Source: Thermoproteota archaeon (GTDB lineage Archaea > Korarchaeota > Korarchaeia > Korarchaeales > JAOZGB01). From it: a stretch of 64,000 nucleotides of DNA. A program made the translations under genes and the position numbers. The stretch spans positions 128,001-192,000 of the forward strand of contig JAVCBU010000003.1 of NCBI GenBank assembly GCA_037917685.1. The letters run 5' to 3'. Under the pieces are notes generated by a model, which saw only the letters and a list, made by a program, of their open reading frames with translations, was not told where the DNA came from and did no database searches. This document shows, piece after piece, positions 50,401 through 59,440 of this stretch. Each line of letters starts with the position of its first letter. The stretch's first letter is position 1.

Positions 50401-52527
50401 AAATATTATGGTGTAGAGCACCATTGCTGAGGGCAGTGCTATCGGTACTTGTAGGAGCAGGCCTATGGCGACGAGAACCTTTCCCCGGCTCTTCCTCCCG
50501 GTCAGTAAGTAGTATAGCCCTGCAAGTAGTGCAATCGTTGGTGTAGCTGCGACACCTGATATGCCGGCTAATATCATGGCTGTGTTTATCCTTTTTTGAA
50601 GGTTTTCAGCCCTTTGAATCTCCATCTGCAGGCTTGAAAACTCGTTTACGGACTCAAGTTCATGTATCTCCCACTGTACTTCCTGATACTCCTCTGAAAG
50701 CGTGTAGAAAACCTCTTCGAAGCCCGGCCTCTGCTCTGCCAGGGCGAGGAGCGAGCTGTCCACTATGGATATGCAAACTACGCAGTCTCTAACTTCGTTC
50801 CCGTCAGCGTCTGAAACCGCTATTCTGATGCGGCAGTCTTCACCCGGCAGGTATTCATCCTTGTCGGGCTCAACCTCTACCTTCATATCCCTCTTAGGCT
50901 GGACGTCAACCTTTAACCAGTCTGCGTAGAACTCCATGTCAGGGCCTATGGCGTAGGCCCTTACCAGGACGTAGGGTGCGTAGGTGTCTAATGCTACAAT
51001 TTTAAACTCTGCAACCCCGTCTTCAAGCCTTTCCGAACCAGTGTATAGTGTTGACTTGTCCAGTGGGCTTATTACATCCAGGTAAACCCATTTCGAGCTG
51101 ACATTTAGGCTTGGCTCCTTAACAAGTACCTTTATGTCCATCTCTTCACCCACCTTGTAGGATGGCTTGTCGCTTCTAACCCATACTATAAACCTTTCAC
51201 CCATGGTTTTCGACCTGAAGCTGAAGCTGTACTCCCCATAGTACCCCTGAGCATCAAGGCATCTGGCTAGGAGCATGATCTCCCCGGTGTCCGGCGGCGC
51301 TATAGACAGTGATGCTACCCCGGCCTGGTCTGTTAGGAGGGTGTGCCTGGACAGGAGGCTTCCGTTCCCGGTGAGCACCTCAACATTTAACGTTGTATTC
51401 CCTACAGGTTTACCATCGGGATATCTGACCACGAAGTATATTGGGTAATCTTCTCCGGGCATGAACTCTTTCTTCAACGTTACAGCTCCAACTATGAATG
51501 GTGTGTCACTTATCACAAGCTTCCTGGATGCCGTCTCTACATGTCCTGAGCCGTCGATCACGCTTGCATTCACCACGATCTCAGCCTTCCCTCTTGAAAT
51601 GTCCAGGCCTACCAGGTATGATGGTGCATCAAACGTGAAGCTCATAAGGCCTTCCCTGTTTGTGCTACCATAGTACTGCCACACAGTTGTCCATTCCCCG
51701 GTGTATGCCTGCACGCTTAAAGTTACGTTTCCAACTACGGGCTTACCGAAGAAGTATGAAGCGTTAACCCTTCCATAGATCTTCTCGCCTAGAAGATACC
51801 ACTTCTTCTGGAATTCAAGCTCAACCTTGAACTTGGGAAGGACGTATTCCCTGATGTTCACAGTAACTTCCTGTGTATAGTCTCCTATCTCAACCCTAAC
51901 CCTATATCTACCCTGTTTCAGCTCTTTTGAAAGCGGTATGTTGCAGAAGGCAACGCCATACTCGTCCGTTTTAAGGAATCGCTTAAATACCCTTACACCG
52001 TCGGGGTTTACAAGGCTAACTGTAAGGCTGGTGTTTGGGCAGGCCCTATAATCCCCGTTCGCCTCCCAGACCAGCGCTCTAAAATGTAGAGTCTGACCCG
52101 GCTGGTACCAAGGTTTATCGGTGGTTATAAGAACCCGGAAAGACCTCCGGATCCTAACTGGAACCTCAACCCTTCCCTCCATGACACCTGAAGCCTTCAC
52201 CACAAGCTTGTAGGCACCCGGTTCGATGTTTGGCACCCTAAGTGACGCGTAGAGCGAACCATCATCGCCGGTTAAACCTTTAAATACCGGTGCAACCTTT
52301 GACCCGTTACTGTTAACAAGGTAAGCCTCCACCCTAGAGCTGACCGGGTTAGAGGCCGCCATGCTGAATGTCAAAACCTTCACAGATACGTTTCTACCTG
52401 GAACCCAGATTTCTGGGGCAACCACGCTTACGCCAGGCTTCAATACAAGCAAAAGCCTTCCAGTGTTGGACAATAGTAAAACCATGGTGAAAAACACCAA
52501 TACAGCGAGAATAACCTTCCTTTCCAT
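47461..52527 (-). CDS. Alpha-2-macroglobulin / thioester-containing protein
   Basis: TDKPWYQPGQ, EYVLPKF, DKPSYKVGE, VRWFFPETLFW, TITTW, thioester GCNEQ (49579-49590), C-terminal VQDYYNPE. Confidence 0.95.
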   Translation of the reverse strand: MERKVILAVLVFFTMVLLLSNTGRLLLVLKPGVSVVAPEIWVPGRNVSVKVLTFSMAASNPVSSRVEAYLVNSNGSKVAPVFKGLTGDDGSLYASLRVPNIEPGAYKLVVKASGVMEGRVEVPVRIRRSFRVLITTDKPWYQPGQTLHFRALVWEANGDYRACPNTSLTVSLVNPDGVRVFKRFLKTDEYGVAFCNIPLSKELKQGRYRVRVEIGDYTQEVTVNIREYVLPKFKVELEFQKKWYLLGEKIYGRVNASYFFGKPVVGNVTLSVQAYTGEWTTVWQYYGSTNREGLMSFTFDAPSYLVGLDISRGKAEIVVNASVIDGSGHVETASRKLVISDTPFIVGAVTLKKEFMPGEDYPIYFVVRYPDGKPVGNTTLNVEVLTGNGSLLSRHTLLTDQAGVASLSIAPPDTGEIMLLARCLDAQGYYGEYSFSFRSKTMGERFIVWVRSDKPSYKVGEEMDIKVLVKEPSLNVSSKWVYLDVISPLDKSTLYTGSERLEDGVAEFKIVALDTYAPYVLVRAYAIGPDMEFYADWLKVDVQPKRDMKVEVEPDKDEYLPGEDCRIRIAVSDADGNEVRDCVVCISIVDSSLLALAEQRPGFEEVFYTLSEEYQEVQWEIHELESVNEFSSLQMEIQRAENLQKRINTAMILAGISGVAATPTIALLAGLYYLLTGRKSRGKVLVAIGLLLQVPIALPSAMVLYTIIFRPRGGILVERWGVPRPVMMGPEFVRKGVAPEVAGGDQEVYEEASSREAGSAAQEVRWFFPETLFWSPSLPVSGHAEVNLVMAHTITTWSVKAIASTKDGRIAVGQGSIRVFKDFFVEPDIPLRLTQDDEISLRVAVYNYAGRELNATLRIKPEKWFRLLDDGGKRVTVPANSVMGVYWRIKALEPGLHYLTVYAEAADRLDAVRRQVKVEPNGLPMEINRNGDLKSDVSEAFLVHPKAIRNATEAFVRISPGYESMFIGGLEALIGFPGGCNEQVSSRLIPDILILNYLDREGKLTPELRAKLEAYAQTGLQTLVSRQHPSGGMGWYATDEDNLGMSAWILNTFGEAEKAGFDIDDRVVERLQAWIMEQQNQDGSFPPVGFYGHGSYKPDEFVMTGFVLRGLLRSGVPPENPKVAKALNYLRSRVLHDRIEDSYGLALSIVCFKLADVPEGDQALEKAVSSLLSLAVEDEYGIHFPKGSSFAGDTENTAYAGIALVMAGGHHDMVRKIVDWLVKHRSPGGWIRTTSDTCGFLELLVRIAERKGVAEADATITITVNGLLAYSEHVTPETSDVERIFPIAAWLRTGMNNVTIRLTGKGLFMYQLVVRQWLRDNVTCLATPLNQRARRGEIFQLNVTVTPPGGDLTPVMVRVTVRPPMGLQVLGGGTRYITELREPETVTLYFKAEEEGTYTINPTVEYMLLYQGRYGGNLKAEANPAMVSIAGEGVERRITVEKHVETIAGIPVTMVGVPVKVRLTVTNREHRTLTLRIRDPLPAGFISNTSPSQLDKGVLTFHVTVEPGGTAVIEYEATGLIPGDYIFPGPAALIEGRPVAVGNPVGITVSDKPLIIRRELDSTMISQGGTVTVKVYVAYLGIPSITGQLPTINMLFITIGLPPGFTVNITSLEEAISTSPYLERYEVHSPTRIDFLTGAIKPGVTFTFQFKIQAKYPLKATVPPASVQDYYNPENRYQTSSQTILVTQ

Positions 52528-52659
52528 ACAATTCTTCCACCCCTGCAAATTGGATTAAAAGTTATACTATAACTTCAACAAACGTTAAACCATAACCCCT
52601 AAGCCTAAGCTCCCCACAAGAACTACATATTATCCATAGTCTAGCCGTGGGGAAGCAGG

Positions 52660-52726
52660 AAATGTAAAGAATGAGGTTAAATGAATGAGGTTAAATGATG
52701 ATAAATGTAAAGAATGAGGTTAAATG
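52660..52726 (+). repeat. Short nested direct repeats
   Basis: AAATGTAAAGAATGAGGTTAAATG at 52660 and 52703; core GAATGAGGTTAAATG occurs three times. Confidence 0.85.
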
Positions 52727-53062
52727 GTTGGTTCAGCAGGGTACATATACTGTTTTTCATTGCCATCCCATTTCTCAGATATTGAGTACTCTGGAAATCT
52801 CCTAGTGTTAAACAGGCACTGGCAAAGCGGATGTGGGGCAAATATATCTCCATAGTATGCCAGGCTAGCTATTCTGCATCGGCCTGCGCATAAATCCTTC
52901 ACGTTGCATATCTCACATACACCCTTTAAACGGCTCTCTATGTTCCTGTGGAGTTCACTCTAAGTTCGTTAAGGTTCTTCCTATACATGACCGTCTCCCC
53001 TTATGATTTCATGCGAAGCCTTGGTAGCTTGATGTTTTTATAGAAACGTTGTATAAACGCAT
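52720..53062 (-). pseudogene. Collapsed radical SAM/SPASM maturase gene
   Basis: GGTG-ATG MRLYNVSIKT, core fragment HEIIRGDG, intact tail LKGVCEICNVKDLCAGRCRIASLAYYGDIFAPHPLC. Confidence 0.75.
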
Positions 53063-53064
53063 CA

Positions 53065-53280
53065 CCAAATTATAACTGCATCCACTATCACATATTAACC
53101 CATATCGCAACCTACGCCGCAAATTCCAGTTTCTTTTATTAGTTCTTTAACTCCTTTCTTTTATCCCTCAACGCTTTCCTCACCCCATGGAGCACCTTGC
53201 TCACAACCTGGTATACGCTTCAATCCGGATGAGCATCCAATACTACAGGTTGGTTGCATCACTACTATATTCTTAAACAT
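53065..53280 (-). other. Two tandem Cys-rich precursor-peptide-like segments (one 39-aa ORF, one frameshifted)
   Basis: 53161-53280 MFKNIVVMQPTCSIGCSSGLKRIPGCEQG...; next segment ICGVGCDMG / LICDSGCSY; TATA at about 53324-53333. Confidence 0.55.
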
Positions 53281-53389
53281 GTCCTTTCCATCCTTTATTT
53301 TGGGTCAATGGGGTACTTATCCCTTTTATATAAATTGATCTGATAACTGGTTTAGCGAAAGTTTTAAAGGATGAGAGGTCTACCTGTGT

Positions 53390-55045
53390 GTGGAAAGGCT
53401 GGTTTTACTGGTCATTATCCTGTTCGGGTTTCCCCTTTACGGCTGGCAGCCTCCGCTTTCAGCGTCGGGTGTGATATATCCAAGACTTGGGATGCCGGCG
53501 TTTATCCAGCCGTTTGGAACGTTAAACATAACCTATACTGGGATGGAGGTTCAGAGTGTTAAGGCATACAATTTAACCCATGAAGTCCAGCTTGAAGTAC
53601 TGGAAAAGATGGAAGGCGTGGATTTCAACGTGTTGACCGTAAGGCTTCCTGAAGGCCTCACACTTGGACTCTATGGTTTAAGGTTGCGTACAGACGGCGG
53701 CCTGATGGATGAACCCAACTGCCTCTGTGTATGGACCCCAGATGACGATATCCTAATTTTGCATGCTACAGATCTCCACTTCTCCACGGTCAGGGAGAAG
53801 ATGGGTATAGAAACCTATAGCCCGAGATACTATCTTAACATGCTTATCCAGGAGGCGAATGCGTTAAAGCCTGACCTAGTAATTATGACAGGAGACAATA
53901 CTGACAGCCAACTAGAGGAAGACCATGCAGAGTTCAGGAGGCTCCTAGCCGATTTTAGCGTACCTATCATCCTGGTTATCGGCAACCATGACTTCCAGAG
54001 GCTGAGCCCGGAGCTTTTCATAACCTACCAGGGGCCTGACCATGGAGTCGTAGACCTAGGCTGGCTGTCCATATATACCATAAGCACGGACGACGGCAAG
54101 ATTGTAAGAGAGCATCTAAACTGGTTGAACAAGAGCCTCCAGGAGAACGATGATAGGAAGATCGTGTGCTTCCACCATCCCCCAGTAAGCCTTAACGAGT
54201 CTGATTCTGCCGGCCTAATTAAACTGTTAAGGATCCTATCCCAGGGAGGGGTTGAAATATGCCTCCACGGACACATGCATGTAGACATGGTTGAAAAATA
54301 CGATGGTGTAACATACGTAACAACAGAATCTATCACCTACTCCCAGAAGCACCACTGCAGGCTAATAAAGATCGTGAAAGACAGACCTATAGACTACGAG
54401 ACACTCTACACCCTTGGAAGCTTCCTCACGGTCTCCACCGCAAATGACGGAAGCATGCAGGCCTATATAGCTAAGGCTTCAAACCCCACCGGAGAGGAGA
54501 TAGAGCTGTATCCAACAGTTAAACTATCATGGATGGACAAAGAACCTGTCTTTGAAGGCGCGGAGCCGATGAGAACCTTCAAGGTGGGAAACACTGAAGT
54601 TGCGGTGCTTAAAGTACGCGTTAAACCAGGGGAGGAGAAAACAATTAGAGCATACTACTCGCTGGACAAGACAAACCCGGTGATAGAGAATCCTACGGTG
54701 AGCATAGCTGAAGATAAACTGAATATATCCTTCTCAGCGGTTGACCATGAGTGGGGGGTCATGGATGTCAAAATAGAGGTTGCAGGCGATGCAACATCAT
54801 CCCAGACAGTGAAACCGAGGGACAGCCAGGTATCAACTATGGTAAAGGTTGGAGACAAATGGAAGAAGCTAACGGTAAACATAATAGTTACAGATTATGC
54901 TGGAAACACCGCAACATGGAGCAGGGAAATAGAGAGGGGGGATAGGAGGGTTCTCCTCGCCGCAACCATAGTGGCCTTAGTAGCAGGCATAGTAGCAGGT
55001 GTCATGATAAAAAGGGCTAAAGCAGAAGCTCAGGCTAGCAGGTAG
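53390..55045 (+). CDS. Cell-surface calcineurin-like metallophosphoesterase
   Basis: Signal peptide; TDLH, TGD, GNHD, FHHP, HGHMH; C-terminal TM with basic tail. Confidence 0.9.
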   Translation: MERLVLLVIILFGFPLYGWQPPLSASGVIYPRLGMPAFIQPFGTLNITYTGMEVQSVKAYNLTHEVQLEVLEKMEGVDFNVLTVRLPEGLTLGLYGLRLRTDGGLMDEPNCLCVWTPDDDILILHATDLHFSTVREKMGIETYSPRYYLNMLIQEANALKPDLVIMTGDNTDSQLEEDHAEFRRLLADFSVPIILVIGNHDFQRLSPELFITYQGPDHGVVDLGWLSIYTISTDDGKIVREHLNWLNKSLQENDDRKIVCFHHPPVSLNESDSAGLIKLLRILSQGGVEICLHGHMHVDMVEKYDGVTYVTTESITYSQKHHCRLIKIVKDRPIDYETLYTLGSFLTVSTANDGSMQAYIAKASNPTGEEIELYPTVKLSWMDKEPVFEGAEPMRTFKVGNTEVAVLKVRVKPGEEKTIRAYYSLDKTNPVIENPTVSIAEDKLNISFSAVDHEWGVMDVKIEVAGDATSSQTVKPRDSQVSTMVKVGDKWKKLTVNIIVTDYAGNTATWSREIERGDRRVLLAATIVALVAGIVAGVMIKRAKAEAQASR

Positions 55046-55055
55046 GTCAAAAGCC

Positions 55056-56108
55056 ATGGATAGGTTCAAGCCGGTATGGCTAGACTCCCTCGGGGCTAAA
55101 AGCTTCTGCATCATGGTAACAACCCAGGACTGCTCTCTACTTATAGACCCTGGAGTCTCTGTCATGCACCCCAGCTTTCCAGCCACGGATGAGGATAAGA
55201 TTAAATGGCTTACTCAAGGGAGGCAATCCATCAAGGAAGCCGCAGGGAAAGCCGACGTAGTAATTATCTCCCACTACCACTACGACCACTTCTCCCCTGA
55301 CGACATGAGCATCTACGAGGGGAAACTACTACTCGTAAAGAATCCCAACTGCTACATCAACGACTCCCAGCGTGAAAGAGCATATAGGTTCTTCCAAAAG
55401 CTTTACAAAACATACGGAGTAAACATGGATGATGTATTACAAAATCCTAAGCCTGCTGACTATTCCAATCCTTTATCCACGCTACCCCTTGCGATGAGTA
55501 GAGACTATGGAGACTACAAGGAGAGAAAGATGGAACTATTGGAAAAGGGGTTAAAATGGTTTAAACGCCGGGTGGAGAAGTGGAACAGCTATAAACAAAT
55601 CCCTGAGATAAACATGGGCAAGCTGAAGGTTAGATTTGCAGATGGGAAAACGATAAGGATCGGCGACACTAAAATATCGTTTTCAAAACCTCTGTTTCAC
55701 GGAATCGAGTTTTCAAGGGTTGGATGGGTCTTCATGACGATAGTAGAGCACAAAGGGTGGAAACTAATCCACACAAGCGATTTGAACGGGCCAATAATCG
55801 AAGACTACGCAGATTTAGTGATCAAAGAGAACCCTGACGTTCTCTTCATAGACGGTCCAATGACATATATGTATGGCTACACTCTGAACAGGATAAACCT
55901 GAATAGGGCAGTAGAAAATGCTGCAAGGATTGTAAAAGAGACGGATACAAAACTAATAATCTATGACCACCACCTGCCAAGAGAGCCCAAATTCAGGGAG
56001 CACACAATGAAAGTGTGGGAAACAGCAGGGCAAGAAGGGAAAAGAGTATTAACAGCAGCAGAATATCTCGGCTTAAAACCTAGAGTCCTACTGTCCTTTA
56101 GGGGATAG
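55056..56108 (+). CDS. Metallo-beta-lactamase-fold hydrolase (UPF0282-like)
   Basis: DSLGAKS, IDPG, SHYHYDH, DHHL, TAAEYLG. Confidence 0.88.
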   Translation: MDRFKPVWLDSLGAKSFCIMVTTQDCSLLIDPGVSVMHPSFPATDEDKIKWLTQGRQSIKEAAGKADVVIISHYHYDHFSPDDMSIYEGKLLLVKNPNCYINDSQRERAYRFFQKLYKTYGVNMDDVLQNPKPADYSNPLSTLPLAMSRDYGDYKERKMELLEKGLKWFKRRVEKWNSYKQIPEINMGKLKVRFADGKTIRIGDTKISFSKPLFHGIEFSRVGWVFMTIVEHKGWKLIHTSDLNGPIIEDYADLVIKENPDVLFIDGPMTYMYGYTLNRINLNRAVENAARIVKETDTKLIIYDHHLPREPKFREHTMKVWETAGQEGKRVLTAAEYLGLKPRVLLSFRG

Positions 56109-56120
56109 TAACCTAATGAT

Positions 56121-56290
56121 TCAGAGTGTTCCAAGGTTATCGTCTCTGCGTGGAACATGTAGTCTAAGCCTGGATGCATACTCCTCCACGGCCTTTCTAA
56201 CAGAAAAATAACATGCAGAAGCGCATTTATTCAGGCATCCATGTGAAAAATCCGATTCAGCCTCCTCAAGCAGTAGAAGCGGCTTCCATG
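56121..56290 (-). pseudogene. HEPN domain, truncated
   Basis: LEEAESDFSHG..NKCASACYFSVRKAVE, ends early. Confidence 0.6.
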
Positions 56291-56568
56291 AACTTTTCAA
56301 TTGTTGGGTCACCCTTCTGGACTATCATGTAGCTTATCGTAGACCTGTACCTCTCATTAGTCTCCAATGCCGCCTTTGCCACAGCCATACTGGTGTCTCT
56401 GTCAAGCCTATCCACAACCACCAACACATTAGAATCCATGAAGTATGCATCAGGGTTTGGAGACGCCACGACCTCAATTATCCCTTCATCAAGACCTCTC
56501 CTAAGCTCCCGGGCAAACTCGTGAAGCATCTCCCGCCAGTCATTCCGAAAATCTAGAACTAAGGCCAT
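56266..56568 (-). CDS. Degenerate MNT-like protein paired with HEPN
   Basis: DSNVLVVVD; overlaps the HEPN fragment. Confidence 0.6.
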   Translation of the reverse strand: MALVLDFRNDWREMLHEFARELRRGLDEGIIEVVASPNPDAYFMDSNVLVVVDRLDRDTSMAVAKAALETNERYRSTISYMIVQKGDPTIEKFMEAASTA

Positions 56569-56846
56569 ACAATCATTAGTAAGCTCCAGGGAATATTAAA
56601 TCTAAGTATACCTAGTGGAATAGTATAGAGTCGGGAGGGCTAAGCTACATCTTTAAATCTCCTCAAATCGCTCTGTTACCACATTCAAACCTTTAAACAA
56701 CTAGGAGAATAGCATCCGCAAATCCTACTTCTATACCGAGATTAAAAGAACTCAGCAGCAAGTCCGCAATACGCGTTGGTAACCCCGAGAGGAAACTGTT
56801 AAAAACAGGATTGATCTGTCCTTAAATTGTTCAGTTCTAGCTTTGC

Positions 56847-57604
56847 ATGGTAAAGCCTAGCCCCGTTACTGACCTCCAATGGAAGAGTCCACCTGTTATA
56901 GGTGGACTATTAACAGGTAGTCAAAGCGTCCTATCGGTCGGATTTGACAACATAGGTGATGTAGCCTCATCGTATTTCGCATGGAGGTTTTCAGAGGAAG
57001 CTTTGAAACCTCCAGACTCGGAGCATCACTATGGAACACCTAAGACTTGACGCTGCGTCGGGTGTCCTAACTTCATCTCTTATGCTGGCTTCAGGCCTCC
57101 TACCGTCTTATATTATACTTGAGAATGTACGCTTGAACCACCTAGCCGTCAAGCTTGAAGCTTCAGGTGTGGCTCTACTATCACTCAGCCTGAACGCTGT
57201 AAGACTAAAGATTTATACAAGGACTTGTAGGCTTTCTTGGAGCCCTACTTGGATCCGTAGTCTCTCCAATGTTAGATACCGCCTGCGGGATCCTAATACT
57301 AACATATATTCTACTCAGCCCTGAACTCTTTCAAAGGGTGTTTACAGCTGTATACGACATTTCATCTGATGAAAATGTTGTTAACAGTATTTCAAGATCT
57401 ATAAGTAATGTTGAAGGAGTGGAGTCACACCACAAACTCAGATGTAGACTTGTAGGCAAATACGTCTATGTGGACGTTCACATATTAGTTAACCCAAACC
57501 ATAGCGTTGAAAAATTCCATGAAATAGCCACAAAGGTCGCAGAGAAGGTTAAAGATGAAAATCCTATGGTTAAAGATGTAGTGGTTCACATAGAGCCAGC
57601 ATAA
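56847..57604 (+). pseudogene. Cation diffusion facilitator (FieF-like) pseudogene
   Basis: Three frames: GSQSVLS.GFDNIGD..KPPDSEHHYG; TM fragments; HKLRCR..G.YVYVDVHI..HEIA..DVVVHIEP. Confidence 0.85.
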
Positions 57605-57703
57605 ACCTTAAACCGCATGTAAAGATGAAACCCGCGGACAATCTGTCAGTGTTAGACATCCAAGCCGACAAGGAGAAAACAGGAATTACCCTAACTGCAG
57701 ATA

Positions 57704-58489
57704 TTAAATCAGAGAAAGCGTTAGCGCCGCTATAGAAAATAGTTTTCTCGATATTGCTTCCTTCTCCCCTTTTCCTCTCTTCCTGTAGTACCATCTTCTC
57801 CGGGTAAGTCTGTCCCCAGCGTAGAATAGGGCTGCAAGCCTAACATTTCTATACATGGCAACCGCGAAACATGCTGATGCTTCCATGTCAACACATACTG
57901 CTCCCATCTCCCTGAACTTTAATATTCTCCGAGGAGTCTCCCTGTAAGGAGCATCCGTCGTCCAAACTCTTCCTAAGTGAAATTTTATATTCAGCCTTTC
58001 GCAGGCTTTTTTAAGCCCCTCCACTAAGCCTGGTGATGGCTTCGCCTCAACCTGTGGTGGCAGGTAGTGGTAGGAAGTTCCTTCGTCTCTAATTGACCCT
58101 GTTGGAATTATTATTTCCCCCACGGGTATCTTTCTTAAAACACCAGCTCCCCCAATCAAGATGAACTCCCTACCTCCCATGAATATAAGCTCCTCAAGGG
58201 TGGTAGCTGCCATTGGGGCCCCAATGGTGATAAACATGAAACCTATAGGTGGCTTTCCCCCTATTATGTATAGGTTAGGGTACCATTCTACACTATAACC
58301 TATCTTTTCAACCATATTCTTAAGATTCCTCATGTATTCAAAGGTTAAAACATACTTCTTGACATTTGAAAGTTCCTCTACCTTCCTGTGGCGTTCGGCA
58401 ACCCTAAACCAGTCGCTTGGCGATATGACTCCGTCCTGGTCGAGATCCTTGATAAACAACGGAATATCAGGATAAACTCTAGGCCTCAC
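57704..58489 (-). CDS. Nucleoside phosphorylase (PNP/UDP family)
   Basis: IGAP, RDEGTSYHY, VWTTDAPYRET, VDMEASA. Confidence 0.92.
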   Translation of the reverse strand: MRPRVYPDIPLFIKDLDQDGVISPSDWFRVAERHRKVEELSNVKKYVLTFEYMRNLKNMVEKIGYSVEWYPNLYIIGGKPPIGFMFITIGAPMAATTLEELIFMGGREFILIGGAGVLRKIPVGEIIIPTGSIRDEGTSYHYLPPQVEAKPSPGLVEGLKKACERLNIKFHLGRVWTTDAPYRETPRRILKFREMGAVCVDMEASACFAVAMYRNVRLAALFYAGDRLTRRRWYYRKRGKGEKEAISRKLFSIAALTLSLI

Positions 58490-58566
58490 ACGTGGAAGAA
58501 GATACTACGAAAATAAATAAGTTGCTGGATATCCCGATCATCCCTCACCGTTAACTTCTTAGTTGT

Positions 58567-59181
58567 TTAGCAGTGATATACTCCGATCGAGACTTCTTTA
58601 CTATCAATCCTTCTAAGCTTCGCAGCTATCTCTCTGGGCAGCAGGTCCCCTACCCATCCTATCCACCTCAATCTGAAGATATTTATTAGGCGTAGAACTC
58701 TAAGCACGTCTCTATAGGTGTAGAAGATTATCTTTCCTTTCGGCCTGCAAGCCTTTATCAGCTTATCTATCATTTCTTCAAGATCGTCAGCCAGAACATT
58801 GTAAGGGTCGAAAAATATGAAGTCGAAGGTTTTAGTTCCAAGATCTATGTCAACTATGTTCCCAACAGTAAAATTTCTGGCATACTCGGGCAGAATAGTT
58901 TGTCTAGCCTGCCTGATTGATTCCTCGATGAAGTCAATACCATAGGGTACTATTTTGTACTTGCTTCTCGTAAGAAGGTGACGTAGCATAAGCCCATTTC
59001 CACAGCCAAGGTCAATAACCTTCCCGTCATGATCTATTAGGCTGAGAAAAATGTTATAGATCTCCTCAGGGTAACTCCTGAAACCATTTGGCATAAGTAT
59101 GTCCGACCCGTCATTGTTCTTCCAGTACATTTCCCACAACCCACGTTTTCTTGCACTATAGAACTTCTCCCTATCTTTCAT
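58567..59181 (-). CDS. Class I SAM-dependent methyltransferase; start uncertain
   Basis: VIDLGCGNG, YGIDF, FDFI, RPKGKI. Confidence 0.85.
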   Translation of the reverse strand: MKDREKFYSARKRGLWEMYWKNNDGSDILMPNGFRSYPEEIYNIFLSLIDHDGKVIDLGCGNGLMLRHLLTRSKYKIVPYGIDFIEESIRQARQTILPEYARNFTVGNIVDIDLGTKTFDFIFFDPYNVLADDLEEMIDKLIKACRPKGKIIFYTYRDVLRVLRLINIFRLRWIGWVGDLLPREIAAKLRRIDSKEVSIGVYHC

Positions 59182-59440
59182 ATCTACTGATGATATCATG
59201 TAACTGTTATATAAAACTGGCAAATGTAGGTTGGAGGCAGGCTATCTCTAGTGTGGTCGATTTAAGCGTCTTTAGGAGGATCTTAAAATTTTACTCCTAC
59301 TCCTATTATACAGCCATACCTAACGCTCTAAACTCTTACTACAATGTTCACATGTAACTTCACTTCTAATCTAAAATAGTAATGCTACCTAACCCGTAAA
59401 GCAATACAGTTTTAAGTATTAATTCTTTATGCAAATCTTG

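Noticed and set aside
52660-52726. Possible mini-CRISPR or C/D sRNA (contains ATGATGA)
   Set aside because: Irregular short spacing, no unique spacers and no matching CTGA box; looks like slippage
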